Shown one piece after another: positions 1-8,875 of a DNA stretch of 49,024 bases. Source of the DNA: an uncultured Thermodesulfobacteriota bacterium (lineage in GTDB: Bacteria; Desulfobacterota; WTBG01); the NCBI GenBank assembly GCA_964459295.1, contig CAYWLT010000001.1, positions 1-49,024 of the forward strand, read 5' to 3'. Position 1 is the stretch's first letter. Each line of letters begins with the position of its first letter. The position numbers and the translations under genes are program-made. The notes beneath the pieces were generated by a model. That model was not told where the DNA came from. It worked only from the letters and a program-made list of their open reading frames with translations, and did not search any database.

Positions 1-625
1 TGTGGTTGTAAACCTCCTTAGCCTCTTCCGCGCTCCGGGCGCCGTTAACCAGGAGATTAAAATGATTCTTCTCATGCTTTAAGCACAGCACCTTCATCAT
101 GGCATAGGCATCAGTGACGGAAGTGGGCTCCGGCGACACCAGCATGAGGATAGCATGGGCCGCCAGATTGAAGTAGATCACGTTGGAAGAAATGCCGGTA
201 CTGGTATCGATCAGAATCATGTCGACCTGGCGGGATAGAGATTCCAGTTCGGAGAGAAGGCAGATTTTCTGCGACTTGGACAAGTCGGTGAGTTCCTGTA
301 TGCCTGAACTTGCCGGGAGTATTTTCATTCCTTCCGGTGTTGTTATGACCACCTCCCCGATCGATTTTTCACCGCTCAGCACGTGCTGTAAATTGTAGCG
401 CGGCGATAACCCCAGGATAACATCCAGGTTGGCCAACCCAATGTCGGCATCCACGAGCAGGACCCGTTTGTCGAGCCGGGTCAGGGCATAGCCAAGATTG
501 GCCACCACGCAGGTCTTTCCCACCCCCCCCTTGCCGCTGGTCACCGCAATAACCTGGGTGTGGGTTGCCTGGCCGCCCACAGACCGGTGCTCACGCTTCT
601 TCCCGTTCGCACCGCAACCTGCCAT
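1..625 (-). CDS. MinD/ParA-type P-loop ATPase, FlhG paralog (N-terminal ~208 codons; the 3' end lies beyond the window start)
   Basis: Not in the ORF track because there is no in-window stop. Manual reverse translation from the ATG at 625-623 gives MAGCGANGKKREHRSVGGQATHTQVIAVTSGKGGVGKTCVVANLGYALTRLDKRVLLVDADIGLANLD... The deviant Walker A KGGVGKT lies at ~520-545. Both nt and aa sequence align by eye with flhG at 38471-39409. Confidence 0.8.
   Translation of the reverse strand, partial: MAGCGANGKKREHRSVGGQATHTQVIAVTSGKGGVGKTCVVANLGYALTRLDKRVLLVDADIGLANLDVILGLSPRYNLQHVLSGEKSIGEVVITTPEGMKILPASSGIQELTDLSKSQKICLLSELESLSRQVDMILIDTSTGISSNVIYFNLAAHAILMLVSPEPTSVTDAYAMMKVLCLKHEKNHFNLLVNGARSAEEAKEVYNH
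523..530. repeat. C8 (G8 on the coding strand) homopolymer inside the Walker A codons of the FlhG paralog
   Basis: Read directly: caCCCCCCCCtt, encoding K-G-G-V (aag ggg ggg gtg). Confidence 0.95.
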
Positions 626-792
626 ATGCCTTTCCTCTTTTTGGGTCGGACCGCACGTGAGGCCTTCCCGGTTCGCAACCTGTCCTTACGCCACGTCTTC
701 GATCCGTATCATGCTGCGTAAAAGATGATCTTCCCTGGTTAAGGACAAGCTGTTTCAGGTGTATGCGGATTGGGTAACCGCAGAACGCGATG

Positions 793-1515
793 TTATATTT
801 CATTTAGAAACTTGGTTTTGCAGCTAAGAAACTCCTCTTCAGTAATAATTCCTTCTTCCCTGAGCTTTCCCAATTTCTCCAGCTCCACAAGCACGTATCT
901 TTTATCGGTGCGCCTTTTTTGTAGGTAATGGACAGCGGCTAAACCAGTGGGAAGAGTTTGCAAGCCGATGATATCTTCTGCAACCCTATCCCGGATTTCA
1001 TCCATTTTTTTGCTAATTGCAGGCATCCGCATTTCAGGTACATTGCGGGACTTTTTCAAGTTGTCCAGTTCCTGGTAGACATGGTTGAGATTTGCAATCA
1101 ATGTGCGATTCTGTCGTAACAACCTGATTTTCTCGCACGCGTTCTGCACCGCAATTTTTATCTCATCAAGCTTAAAGGGTTTTGTAATATAATCATACGC
1201 ACCTTTTTTTATGGCCTCCATTGCCGTTTCCAGGGATGCAAACCCTGTCATGATAACCACATGTGCTTCTTGGTTGATTTCTTTGGCAATTTTTAAAACT
1301 TCAATGCCATCAGCGCCGGGCATCCTTAAATCAGTAAGAACAAGATCGAATTGTCTTTCCTTTATCTTTTGGATGGCATCAACGCCGTTATATGACGACG
1401 TAATTTTTAAGCTCTCTTCCTTGGCAAAGATATCTCTTAGCGTCTCGCACAACATCCTGTCATCATCAACGATTAAAATATTCAGCACTTCTTCGATAAC
1501 CGGCGAGTTAGCCAT
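793..1515 (-). CDS. Response regulator: CheY-like receiver domain, coiled-coil linker, SHOCT-like C-terminal tail
   Basis: 240-aa ORF. Receiver signature LIVDDD...FDLVLTDLRMPGADG...VIMTGF...KPF. The C-terminus LEKLGKLREEGIITEEEFLSCKTKFL resembles the SHOCT short C-terminal domain. Confidence 0.85.
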   Translation of the reverse strand: MANSPVIEEVLNILIVDDDRMLCETLRDIFAKEESLKITSSYNGVDAIQKIKERQFDLVLTDLRMPGADGIEVLKIAKEINQEAHVVIMTGFASLETAMEAIKKGAYDYITKPFKLDEIKIAVQNACEKIRLLRQNRTLIANLNHVYQELDNLKKSRNVPEMRMPAISKKMDEIRDRVAEDIIGLQTLPTGLAAVHYLQKRRTDKRYVLVELEKLGKLREEGIITEEEFLSCKTKFLNEI

Positions 1516-1633
1516 CTTCTAACACCTTGAAAAAAAGCTCCTGAGAGTTTTCCTATCATAGCAGCCTGTCACCGCAAAGACCATTTGGATAAGGGTATGC
1601 CCTATGCTAACCATCGGAGCCATGTGCGTCGGA

Positions 1634-1867
1634 TTAGGGATTTCCGTCCGCGCCTTCAGGAAATGCAATATTATATGTTGTCTTCTCAACTAGCGGATTG
1701 GTCGACCGCTGATCGATCTGCTGTCTTTTGCCTTCTGCAGAAATCGTAACCTCATCCTTTCTGGTTGGAGGAGGATCACATCTTTTGGTTCTGTTGAACC
1801 CGGCCAGTCTTAACTGCTTGTTATACGTTCTCACAACAGTTTGAATCTGTTGAGTCAAGAGAGCCAT
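1634..1867 (-). CDS. Small hypothetical protein (77 aa) in the motility cluster
   Basis: ORF only. Contains DEVTISAEGK, reminiscent of the D-x-V-x-(I/L)-S motif of FlgM N-terminal halves. There is no FlgM C-terminal helix. Confidence 0.35.
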   Translation of the reverse strand: MALLTQQIQTVVRTYNKQLRLAGFNRTKRCDPPPTRKDEVTISAEGKRQQIDQRSTNPLVEKTTYNIAFPEGADGNP

Positions 1868-2427
1868 TCTCTAATTTTCCAGGTAGTCAGGACATATCGA
1901 AGTTGGTAGTTTTTCCGATCGCTTCGCATTGAGTAATCGGAATGGCACAAAAAAACTTTAGTGTTTTTTACCAATTGACTATTTATGATCCCATGCATGC
2001 TATATAAAAATAAACAATTTGACAGGCTAAGGCTTCTTGTGGGGTGTCAAAACAGGAAAATACAATCAAAGTGGCTTGGTCATTCTACCTATATGATAAT
2101 AAAAGAAACCAAAAACTGATATATGCCTGATCTAAGCTCGTTCTGTTTGGGAAGGTTTCCATTGCGCTGACGTTTCACCTGACTTCCATAAAGCGTCTCC
2201 CATCAGTCCCGAACCTCGCTTGGTGCACGGAATTTGCAATGCAATGGAATCTTTAATACGTCAAGAAGTGTTGGACGCGCTATACCAGCAGGACTCCGCT
2301 GGAAATATTTTTTGAGGGTAAGAAGCTGTTCGAAGAAAAAAATTCCGGGAGGAAGGCGGCAGCATAGTTACCGTTGACACGCCGGGCACGCTGGGTCACG
2401 GTTAACTCAAGCGCAGTTCAGGACGGA

Positions 2428-2862
2428 TCATACCCTGCCGTCGAACAGTTTCGGGTTATTCCGGGAAGGGCTCTTGTAACCGCTCAATGCCTGTTTTCCC
2501 TTTCCTATCTCTTTCACGCGATCTCCAACCCCCTCTTTAAACTTCTGCAGGTTAATCTCGCTTTCCCTGTCAATCGCAAGGGTCTCCTTGATAATCGCTT
2601 CAAGTCGCGCGCTCATTATTATAATCTGGTCCTTGAGCCGGGCCGATACGTATCCGAGCTTATCCGGCAACTCCTTAAGATATGGATCCATTACCACCTG
2701 CAGGGCATTCAGTTGCCCGATGATCTCGCTTCTGACGGCATCGCTTTCCATAACCAGGGCGATATTTCCTGCAGCAATGGCATCCCTCTCCTGTTTTGCC
2801 AGTGCGTTGATCCTCTGATTCTTGTCAATCTGTTTCCCCAATAAACGCAAGTAGTCTTCCAC
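2428..2862 (-). CDS. FlgN-family / FliT-like flagellar export chaperone candidate
   Basis: Coiled-coil ORF directly downstream of fliS. Heptad-like text LGKQIDKNQRINALAKQERDAIAAGNIALVMESDAVRSEIIGQLNALQ. I prefer the in-frame GTG at 2862, preceded by GAGGGAAGGAAG. The ORF-track start at 2958 would overlap fliS. Confidence 0.5.
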   Translation of the reverse strand: MEDYLRLLGKQIDKNQRINALAKQERDAIAAGNIALVMESDAVRSEIIGQLNALQVVMDPYLKELPDKLGYVSARLKDQIIIMSARLEAIIKETLAIDRESEINLQKFKEGVGDRVKEIGKGKQALSGYKSPSRNNPKLFDGRV

Positions 2863-2923
2863 CGTCTTCCTTCCCTCGGCCGCTTCCCCAATCGCCGTAC
2901 CAGGACAGCCGGGTGTTGAAAAT

Positions 2924-3433
2924 TTATAATTTAATCGCCAGGCGGTTGTACATCTCATGTCTTTTATCCTGCAACGCTTCCCGGGGCAATCCCGCTTCCG
3001 GCGCTTCGCTCTTACGACAGTTCGCCTTTTGCCGGCATTGGTTTTCCTGGATCAGGATGCCCACCCATCCTTCTCTCAATTCGGATAAAATTCTCAATGA
3101 TTCATCCAGCATTACCGGATCGCCATTCAAGTTTGCGCTGAGCAGCCTCATGTTCACAAATTCATAAAGTTTTCCCAGGTTCAGGGAGATTTCCCCCCCC
3201 CGTTCCGTGTCCAGCGCTTCGGCCAACCCGGTAACAATGCTCACCGCCTTACCTATGGATCGGGTCTTTTCCTTAAGTTCATCAAAGGTCAGCTTTTCAC
3301 TTTTTTTCAGAATCGTTCTTGCATGCTGAATGTTTTTTATGACCTCATCGTATAGCTGAACGATGAGCTCCACCCCACTGGCAGTAACCACCTTATGCTT
3401 TTTGTATTCGTCATATGCAATATTGGCACACAT
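2924..3433 (-). CDS. fliS: Flagellin-specific export chaperone FliS
   Basis: MCANIAYDEYKKHKVVTASGVELIVQLYDEVIKNI matches the FliS N-terminal signature (Y..n.V.TAS..eLi.mLYdg.i). GGAGAG precedes the ATG at 3433. Confidence 0.9.
   Translation of the reverse strand: MCANIAYDEYKKHKVVTASGVELIVQLYDEVIKNIQHARTILKKSEKLTFDELKEKTRSIGKAVSIVTGLAEALDTERGGEISLNLGKLYEFVNMRLLSANLNGDPVMLDESLRILSELREGWVGILIQENQCRQKANCRKSEAPEAGLPREALQDKRHEMYNRLAIKL
3193..3201. repeat. C9 (G9 on the coding strand) homopolymer inside fliS
   Basis: Read directly: ttCCCCCCCCCgtt. It encodes R-G-G-E (cgg ggg ggg gaa). Confidence 0.95.
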
Positions 3434-3499
3434 TCTTCTCTCCTTCCATATCACCCGGATTTTTAATGAGCAATTCGCAAAACCTCAAATTGCGCAATG

Positions 3500-5818
3500 T
3501 TACTTGCTTGCTTTGTATAAACCAGGAAGATTATTCAGTTGGGTGCTCAAATATTCCCCCTGCGACCGCAGTGAGTTGAGTAAGATCTCCAGGTTTGCGA
3601 ACTGCTTGCGTAAGTTTACCTCCATATCATTAAGTCTCGTCTCCTTAGTTTCAATCTGATCATCAATATCATCGATCATGGCCTGGTAGGTTTTATTCCG
3701 GTAAGCGAAAGCACCCTTGTTGACGTTGATGACGGGGTCGAGCTGGGCAATCAGGCGGGCGGCCACCCCGGAGGAAAGATAGATATGCCCTTTCCCGCCG
3801 GCGGCGGTGGCGCTTATCCTCAAGCCTTCTTCAGGGAAACCGGTTGCCCCGGTTAAATATTTTCCTTTACCGTAGGCGGCATGACCGTTAATCGTCCCCA
3901 CTACGTCGGTACCGCTCCTGCTCACCAGGCTGGTTCCAACGCCCGACTGATCCGCGGCAGCCTTGTCGGATATCACGGTAAATTTTACATCGCTCCCGAG
4001 GTCGGCGGAGGTAATTTTCAGTCTACCCTCATTATTGGTAGCCGTAAGCCCCGCTTTTTCCGTGTTGAATTTGCTGTTCAATTTACTCACGATGGTGTTG
4101 ATGGTGTCCCCGGAAGTGAGATTTACGGTAAAGGCAATCACGCCCGGCCCGGTCTCGGTAGATCCTGCAGTATAGGTAAAGGTCAACGTCTCGTCTTCGA
4201 CGATCCCGCTGCCGTCGATAATCTGGCTGCTTTCATAGGTTGCATGATCCGGAGGAGTCTGGATATAAATGCTGTATTTTCCCGCAACGGTATTGGCGGT
4301 CTTGCCAATATATTGAATTGTGCTGTCGGTTGGGGTGCCGTAGTCGGTGAAAAGCTTCATTACCGCTAACGGATCAGAGTTAAGCGCCCTGCTTAACTCG
4401 GCGCTATTGATGGAAAGCAAACCGCTGTTATCCACGCTTATGCCGATTTGATACAGTGAGATGTAGCTTCCGGTGAGATTTGGGATAGTATTCAACACGA
4501 CATTCTTTAAACTTGCCTGAATACCCCTCACCGTATAGTCGCCTCTTAAGGGGTTGTTGGCGGGATTATCCGGGTTATAAGCAAAGGTGGCAAAAAGGTC
4601 TTGCATTACCGTATTGTAAGCGGAGACGAAATTCTCAATGTTTGATTGAATCTGACTCATGTCTTCCTGAGACACCGTCACCAGGTTGGCTACCGAGGAA
4701 TTGGCCCTGGTCAACTTCAGAGTTACTCCATCAATCACATCATCGATGGTGTTGCCGGGCTTGCTCAGGGTAAGGTTGTCCACCCGGATCACCGCATCCT
4801 GCGCATGAGTGAAGGTAGGGTTGAACACATCTACCCGGAAGGTGTCGCCCGCCGACACGGTTCCGCTGTCGCTAAACTGCACTTTCACGTTCTCCGTGTT
4901 ACCCGTACTGTTGGTCCCGTCGGTGGAACCAATGTTGGTAAATCCCGCCGTATAAAAAACAAAACCATTTCCGCCATTGTCATGCCAGGTAATCCCGCCG
5001 TCAGTTGAATACCTGTACCGGGCGTCACCCGCGACTCCCACTGAACCCGGCCTTATGGTCTCGATGATATAAGCTTTGTTGGCGGACCCGGTATAGTATT
5101 CCGATGAATTGGAGGTAACGGCGCCGGTATAGGTTCCGCTGTTGGTGGTATCGGCGGTCGCATCTTCAATCAGCTTATCCATAAAGTTAAGCTGGGTCGC
5201 ATTGGCGGTTATCTGGACATCGTTGGATACCCCGGTAATATCGCTGGTTAACACCAGTCGGAAAGGGTTGGTGTCCGTTCCGTCATTCAAGATCGTGGCG
5301 GTAACCCCGGCACCGGCGGAATTGATCAAGTCGCGGAGCTCCTGTAGAGTAGTCGAGGTGCTAATATGGATATTATGAATTGCCCCCGAGTCTCCTACCC
5401 TGAAACTGAAATTGTCTCCCGCGGGATAGGCGGTGCTGTTCAGTATAGGGGTGGCGCCGGCATCCACCCAGCCCTGCGATGCAATCTTGTGGGCCCGGGC
5501 AAGCTGATCAACGTACACCTCATAAGTCCCCAGCGCGGCAGTATTGCTGGCGGTAGCGGTTAAGTAGGTATCGTTTCCCCCGTTGGTCACCTCAACCGAT
5601 TTTGTGCTGAACAAACCAACATTGTTGAGGGTCGCGGCCGCGGCCTTGAGCGAGCCAAGTTTCACGCTAAGAGAATCGAGCGCCCCCATCTTGGTCTGAA
5701 TGCCCAGTTTTCTTTGCTGAAGCAGGGTAATGGGTTTTTTTTCCAGCTGGATGAGCTTGCTCACCAGTTCTTCATAATTGATGCCGGAAATGAGTCCCAG
5801 GCTTGAGGCAACGCCCAT
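3500..5818 (-). CDS. fliD: Flagellar filament cap protein FliD (772 aa, enlarged)
   Basis: N-terminus GLISGINYEELVSKLIQLEKKPITLLQQRKLGIQTKMGALDSL and a C-terminal coiled coil AMIDDIDDQIETKETRLNDMEVNLRKQFANLE are typical of FliD. AGAGGGAAA RBS. Confidence 0.9.
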   Translation of the reverse strand: MGVASSLGLISGINYEELVSKLIQLEKKPITLLQQRKLGIQTKMGALDSLSVKLGSLKAAAATLNNVGLFSTKSVEVTNGGNDTYLTATASNTAALGTYEVYVDQLARAHKIASQGWVDAGATPILNSTAYPAGDNFSFRVGDSGAIHNIHISTSTTLQELRDLINSAGAGVTATILNDGTDTNPFRLVLTSDITGVSNDVQITANATQLNFMDKLIEDATADTTNSGTYTGAVTSNSSEYYTGSANKAYIIETIRPGSVGVAGDARYRYSTDGGITWHDNGGNGFVFYTAGFTNIGSTDGTNSTGNTENVKVQFSDSGTVSAGDTFRVDVFNPTFTHAQDAVIRVDNLTLSKPGNTIDDVIDGVTLKLTRANSSVANLVTVSQEDMSQIQSNIENFVSAYNTVMQDLFATFAYNPDNPANNPLRGDYTVRGIQASLKNVVLNTIPNLTGSYISLYQIGISVDNSGLLSINSAELSRALNSDPLAVMKLFTDYGTPTDSTIQYIGKTANTVAGKYSIYIQTPPDHATYESSQIIDGSGIVEDETLTFTYTAGSTETGPGVIAFTVNLTSGDTINTIVSKLNSKFNTEKAGLTATNNEGRLKITSADLGSDVKFTVISDKAAADQSGVGTSLVSRSGTDVVGTINGHAAYGKGKYLTGATGFPEEGLRISATAAGGKGHIYLSSGVAARLIAQLDPVINVNKGAFAYRNKTYQAMIDDIDDQIETKETRLNDMEVNLRKQFANLEILLNSLRSQGEYLSTQLNNLPGLYKASK

Positions 5819-6131
5819 ATAGTTTCCCTCTAATCGAACAGAGATTTTCGCAGGTAAAAGCGGTTAAAATTAAAAAACCCAAAAACAAATAAAGAAGTCA
5901 TCAATTTGTAATGTATAAAACTGATGATCTGTGTCCGAAAAAATTGGCACCCTAATTTACTTCAATCGGATTTAGTAGGTAATTTTGTCCCTTCTCGACG
6001 GCGGCAATGATAATTACCAGAGACGATCAATATTGTTGGTGATTCGTTCTAACCAATTAAGAAAACTCATCTTATTTCCTGGTTGCACTTCACTCTTTCG
6101 CTTTTTTTCTCCGACATGTCGATTTATAACA

Positions 6132-6146
6132 GCAATATTCATACCA
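6132..6146 (-). promoter_or_regulatory. Candidate sigma54 promoter upstream of fliD (TGGTAT-N5-TTGC)
   Basis: The minus strand reads TGGTATGAATATTGC, with GG-N10-GC spacing correct. It lies downstream of the flaG terminator hairpin and ~310 nt upstream of the fliD ATG, which is a long leader. Confidence 0.35.
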
Positions 6147-6204
6147 GCTGATAGATTAAATGAGCATATAGTAATTGGCGAAAGGAGGTGGCGGGCTTCA
6201 GGTA

Positions 6205-6236
6205 AAAGAGGAGGGTAATATGTTACCCTCCTCTTT
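6205..6236 (-). terminator. Stem-loop terminator after flaG
   Basis: Perfect 14-bp inverted repeat AAAGAGGAGGGTAA / TTACCCTCCTCTTT with a 4-nt loop, 13 nt after the flaG stop. A short U-run follows on the minus strand (CUCUUUUAC). Confidence 0.55.
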
Positions 6237-6248
6237 GTTGCATACTTT

Positions 6249-6653
6249 TTAAATGCTCTGATTAAAGAGCATCCCCATCATCCCTTCTATCTTTAAAGCG
6301 AGACGAATCATCTCTTCAGGGGGGATTTGCCGAATTACTTCTTCGGAATCACCTTCCGTAACCTTCACGATCACTTTGCCTATTCGGTCATCATAAGAAA
6401 ATATCAGCTTTCTGTTTAGGTGCCTGGCCAGATCATTTTTTTCTTGAAGCATTCTCTCGATTTCTTCGCTCGAAAGCCTTTCATTTTCATTAACCGCATC
6501 AACCCTTCCGCTGCCTTGTGAAGGTTTGCCCGCACCGTTTCTTTCCTGCAGTGCATTCGAGTTATTTTGCAGTACCGGCGTTGAGACCCCCGAAGACAAG
6601 TTGCGAAGCTTGTTAACCACAGGGACCGTAATCTCATTTATGTTAGAGGCCAT
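6249..6653 (-). CDS. flaG: Flagellar protein FlaG
   Basis: C-terminus LIFSYDDRIGKVIVKVTEGDSEEVIRQIPPEEMIRLA is the FlaG family signature. GAGGAGG sits 8 nt before the ATG at 6653. The longer ORF-track start would run through the hairpin at 6677-6714. Confidence 0.8.
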   Translation of the reverse strand: MASNINEITVPVVNKLRNLSSGVSTPVLQNNSNALQERNGAGKPSQGSGRVDAVNENERLSSEEIERMLQEKNDLARHLNRKLIFSYDDRIGKVIVKVTEGDSEEVIRQIPPEEMIRLALKIEGMMGMLFNQSI

Positions 6654-6676
6654 TACCTTCACCTCCTCGCCATGTG

Positions 6677-6714
6677 CCTTCGGGGGCGGGAGCATAATCT
6701 CCCGCCCCCGAAGG
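6677..6714 (-). terminator. GC-rich perfect 16-bp stem-loop between fliC and flaG (attenuator or mRNA 3' stabiliser)
   Basis: CCTTCGGGGGCGGGAG-cataat-CTCCCGCCCCCGAAGG, 22 nt after the fliC stop. No U-tract follows on the minus strand. Confidence 0.55.
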
Positions 6715-6735
6715 TTGGCTATCCTTCATTCCCGG

Positions 6736-8487
6736 TTATTTCAACAGTTGCAGCGCTAACTGCGGCAGCTGATTTGCCTGGGCCAGCATAGCCGTTGCAG
6801 CCTGTGTCAGGATGGAGTTTTTGGTAAAGACCGCCGTCTCTTCGGCAAAATCCACATCCCTGATGCGAGATTCGGATGCCGACAGGTTTTCCGCCGTGGT
6901 GGTCAGGTTCTGGATGGTCATGGTCACCCTTGATTGAATGGCGCCAAGGCCCGACCTGGTTCTACTAACCTGGTACATGGCGGCATCCAGGGTTGCCAGC
7001 GCATCATCAGCCCCGGCCTGGGTAGAGAGATCAATTAAGCTCACCGCATGGTCAAGTGAGGTGGTGTAGGTCTTTGCGGTTATGCTACCCAAATCGGCGT
7101 TTGAACCGGTGATGGTAAAGTTATCAGATGAATTAAGTTTTACCCCGCCCCGGTAGACATCCGTGCTGATGCCGGTGGCGGTTGCGGCCGCGGATCGCGC
7201 CACGACCGAAATGTTTCTTCCATCGGCGGCGTTGAGCACCAGCCGGTTCTGATTGTCCAGGCTCGCGCTCACCCCGGTGGTGGAGGCTTTGGCATTAATC
7301 GCGGCGAGCAGCGAACCACTGCTGTCACCATCCAGCACGGTTGTCGCACCGATCTCGATGCCATTAATATAGAGAGCGCCGGCCGCAAGGGTTCCGGCCG
7401 CGACTGCCGCCGAACCGGTCACCGTTGTGGCGACGGTCAAGGCATCCACCTTGGTAGATGATTTTATCGAATCGATAGCAGCCACTTTGGCAATCGCACT
7501 GGTCTCACCATTGTAAACGGTGTTTGCCGCACCATCGACAAAGTAGGCGGCCGATAAACCGGTTAAGGTGCTCAGGGAGGCGGCGGTCCGGCTCGAGTTG
7601 GTCAAGTCAAAGTTAATATTCTTTCCGGTATCAGCCGTCAAAACGATGCTATTACCGGATCCCGCCCGTGCGGTAACATGGGTTTTAGCAGCAGCGGAAT
7701 TTATCGCCCGGGTCAGGTCGGCGATCATGTCTGTCGCTATCGACCCAGCGCCGCCGTCGCCCAGGGTAACCGTGGCGATGGTTGCGCCGTTTATCACCAA
7801 TCCGCTAATCTCAACCCCGCTTGCGCCGGCTACATCGATCTCAGTCCCGACCAGGTCCAGAATCGACACCTGATCATCGGTCTCCTTGGTGGCGGCTACC
7901 AGCCGGTTGTTAATGGTAAATTCACCGACACTGAACCCTCCCTGGGTAGTTCCGCTGGCAAGGGTAGCGGCCGCCGTTGCCCTTTCACCCAGGGCGGCTG
8001 CCCTGATGTCACCGATGGAGAAACTGATGGTCTGGCCTTGATTAGCGCCGATCTGGATCTTGCCGGAGGTGAAGCTGCCGTTGAGCAGGGTATTGCCGAC
8101 AAATTCCGTGTCGTTGGCCACCCGGGTTAATTCGGCAATCAGCTGATTCGCTTCCGAGATCAGCAGGTCGCGGTTGGTGGTGTCGGTTGCGGCCTGTACC
8201 GCAAGGTCCCTTAAGCGCAGAATAATGTTGGTTGAAACATCCAGCGCGCCTTCCGCGGTCTGGGTCATGCTGATGGCGTCATTGGCATTTCTCGCCGCCT
8301 GATTCAATCCGCCGATTTGGCCCCTCAAATACACCGAGGTGGCCATGCCGGAGGCGTCATCCGCCGCCTTGTTAATGCGAAGGCCCGATGACAGACGCTC
8401 CAGCGACTTGTCCAGCTTCTCACTGATGTTGGTTAAGTGCCGCTGTGAATTTAATGCAGCTATATTGGTGTTGATTCTGAAACTCAT
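6736..8487 (-). CDS. fliC: Flagellin (583 aa from the second ATG)
   Basis: MSFRINTNIAALNSQRHLTNISEKLDKSLERLSSGLRINKAADDASGMA plus C-terminus TTAENLSASESRIRDVDFAEETAVFTKNSILTQAATAMLAQANQLPQLALQLL. AAGGAGG sits 8 nt before the ATG at 8487. The central domain is Ala/Thr/Ser/Gly-rich. Confidence 0.95.
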   Translation of the reverse strand: MSFRINTNIAALNSQRHLTNISEKLDKSLERLSSGLRINKAADDASGMATSVYLRGQIGGLNQAARNANDAISMTQTAEGALDVSTNIILRLRDLAVQAATDTTNRDLLISEANQLIAELTRVANDTEFVGNTLLNGSFTSGKIQIGANQGQTISFSIGDIRAAALGERATAAATLASGTTQGGFSVGEFTINNRLVAATKETDDQVSILDLVGTEIDVAGASGVEISGLVINGATIATVTLGDGGAGSIATDMIADLTRAINSAAAKTHVTARAGSGNSIVLTADTGKNINFDLTNSSRTAASLSTLTGLSAAYFVDGAANTVYNGETSAIAKVAAIDSIKSSTKVDALTVATTVTGSAAVAAGTLAAGALYINGIEIGATTVLDGDSSGSLLAAINAKASTTGVSASLDNQNRLVLNAADGRNISVVARSAAATATGISTDVYRGGVKLNSSDNFTITGSNADLGSITAKTYTTSLDHAVSLIDLSTQAGADDALATLDAAMYQVSRTRSGLGAIQSRVTMTIQNLTTTAENLSASESRIRDVDFAEETAVFTKNSILTQAATAMLAQANQLPQLALQLLK

Positions 8488-8740
8488 AGTCATTACCTCC
8501 TTGTAAGTGTGTTAGTGGTGGACGTCCATGTCCTTGGTGGTACTGTCGATGAAGCCATTTTTCGCAGAACGCTCTAGCCCGGCGCCAATAGTAGTTATTA
8601 TGCAACCGGGGCGGCTTCTGCCAGGTTTCGCTTCAAAACCTCTTCGTTCATCCCTCCTTTCATATCATCATTGTTGCTGCCCACAACCCTTCTATGTTGA
8701 CCACCTGCATTGTTCGTAGACCGCTTGAGTTGCTGTATGA

Positions 8741-8769
8741 TATCGGTACCGGGCCGACAAACCTTTAAT
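8741..8769 (-). promoter_or_regulatory. Sigma28 (FliA) promoter for the flagellin gene
   Basis: The minus strand reads TAAAGGTT-N12-ACCGATAT. Consensus is TAAAGTTT-N11-GCCGATAA; the B. subtilis sigmaD form is TAAA-N15-GCCGATAT. This implies a ~245-nt leader. Confidence 0.6.
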
Positions 8770-8875
8770 TCTATTTTACAATAGTGCGGCATGACTTTCA
8801 GGCGGATATGGTTTTTTCTCCGACCGCGACAAGGCCGGTTCCGCCGGCAAAAAATATTGAAATGAAAAAAAGGGC

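Noticed and set aside
2221-2238. TGGTGCACGGAATTTGCA on the + strand, sigma54-like.
   Set aside because: An extra base disrupts the GG dinucleotide relative to TTGC, and no plausible + strand gene follows.
2374-2844. 156-aa + strand ORF opposite the FlgN-like gene.
   Set aside because: It has no RBS or motif support. The minus-strand frame has coiled-coil chaperone character and operon context with fliS.
5944-5960. TTGGCACCCTAATTTAC on the + strand, resembling a sigma54 -24 box.
   Set aside because: The -12 position has TA instead of the essential GC. It also points into the flaG terminator, with no credible + strand gene downstream.
5950-5985. Weak sigma28-like CCGATTGA motif on the minus strand upstream of fliD.
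   Set aside because: Only the CCGAT core matches, and no TAAA lies at the required 15-16 nt distance.
7568-8130. + strand ORFs of 101 and 150 aa inside the flagellin gene.
   Set aside because: They are antisense shadow ORFs of fliC, with no RBS or family resemblance.
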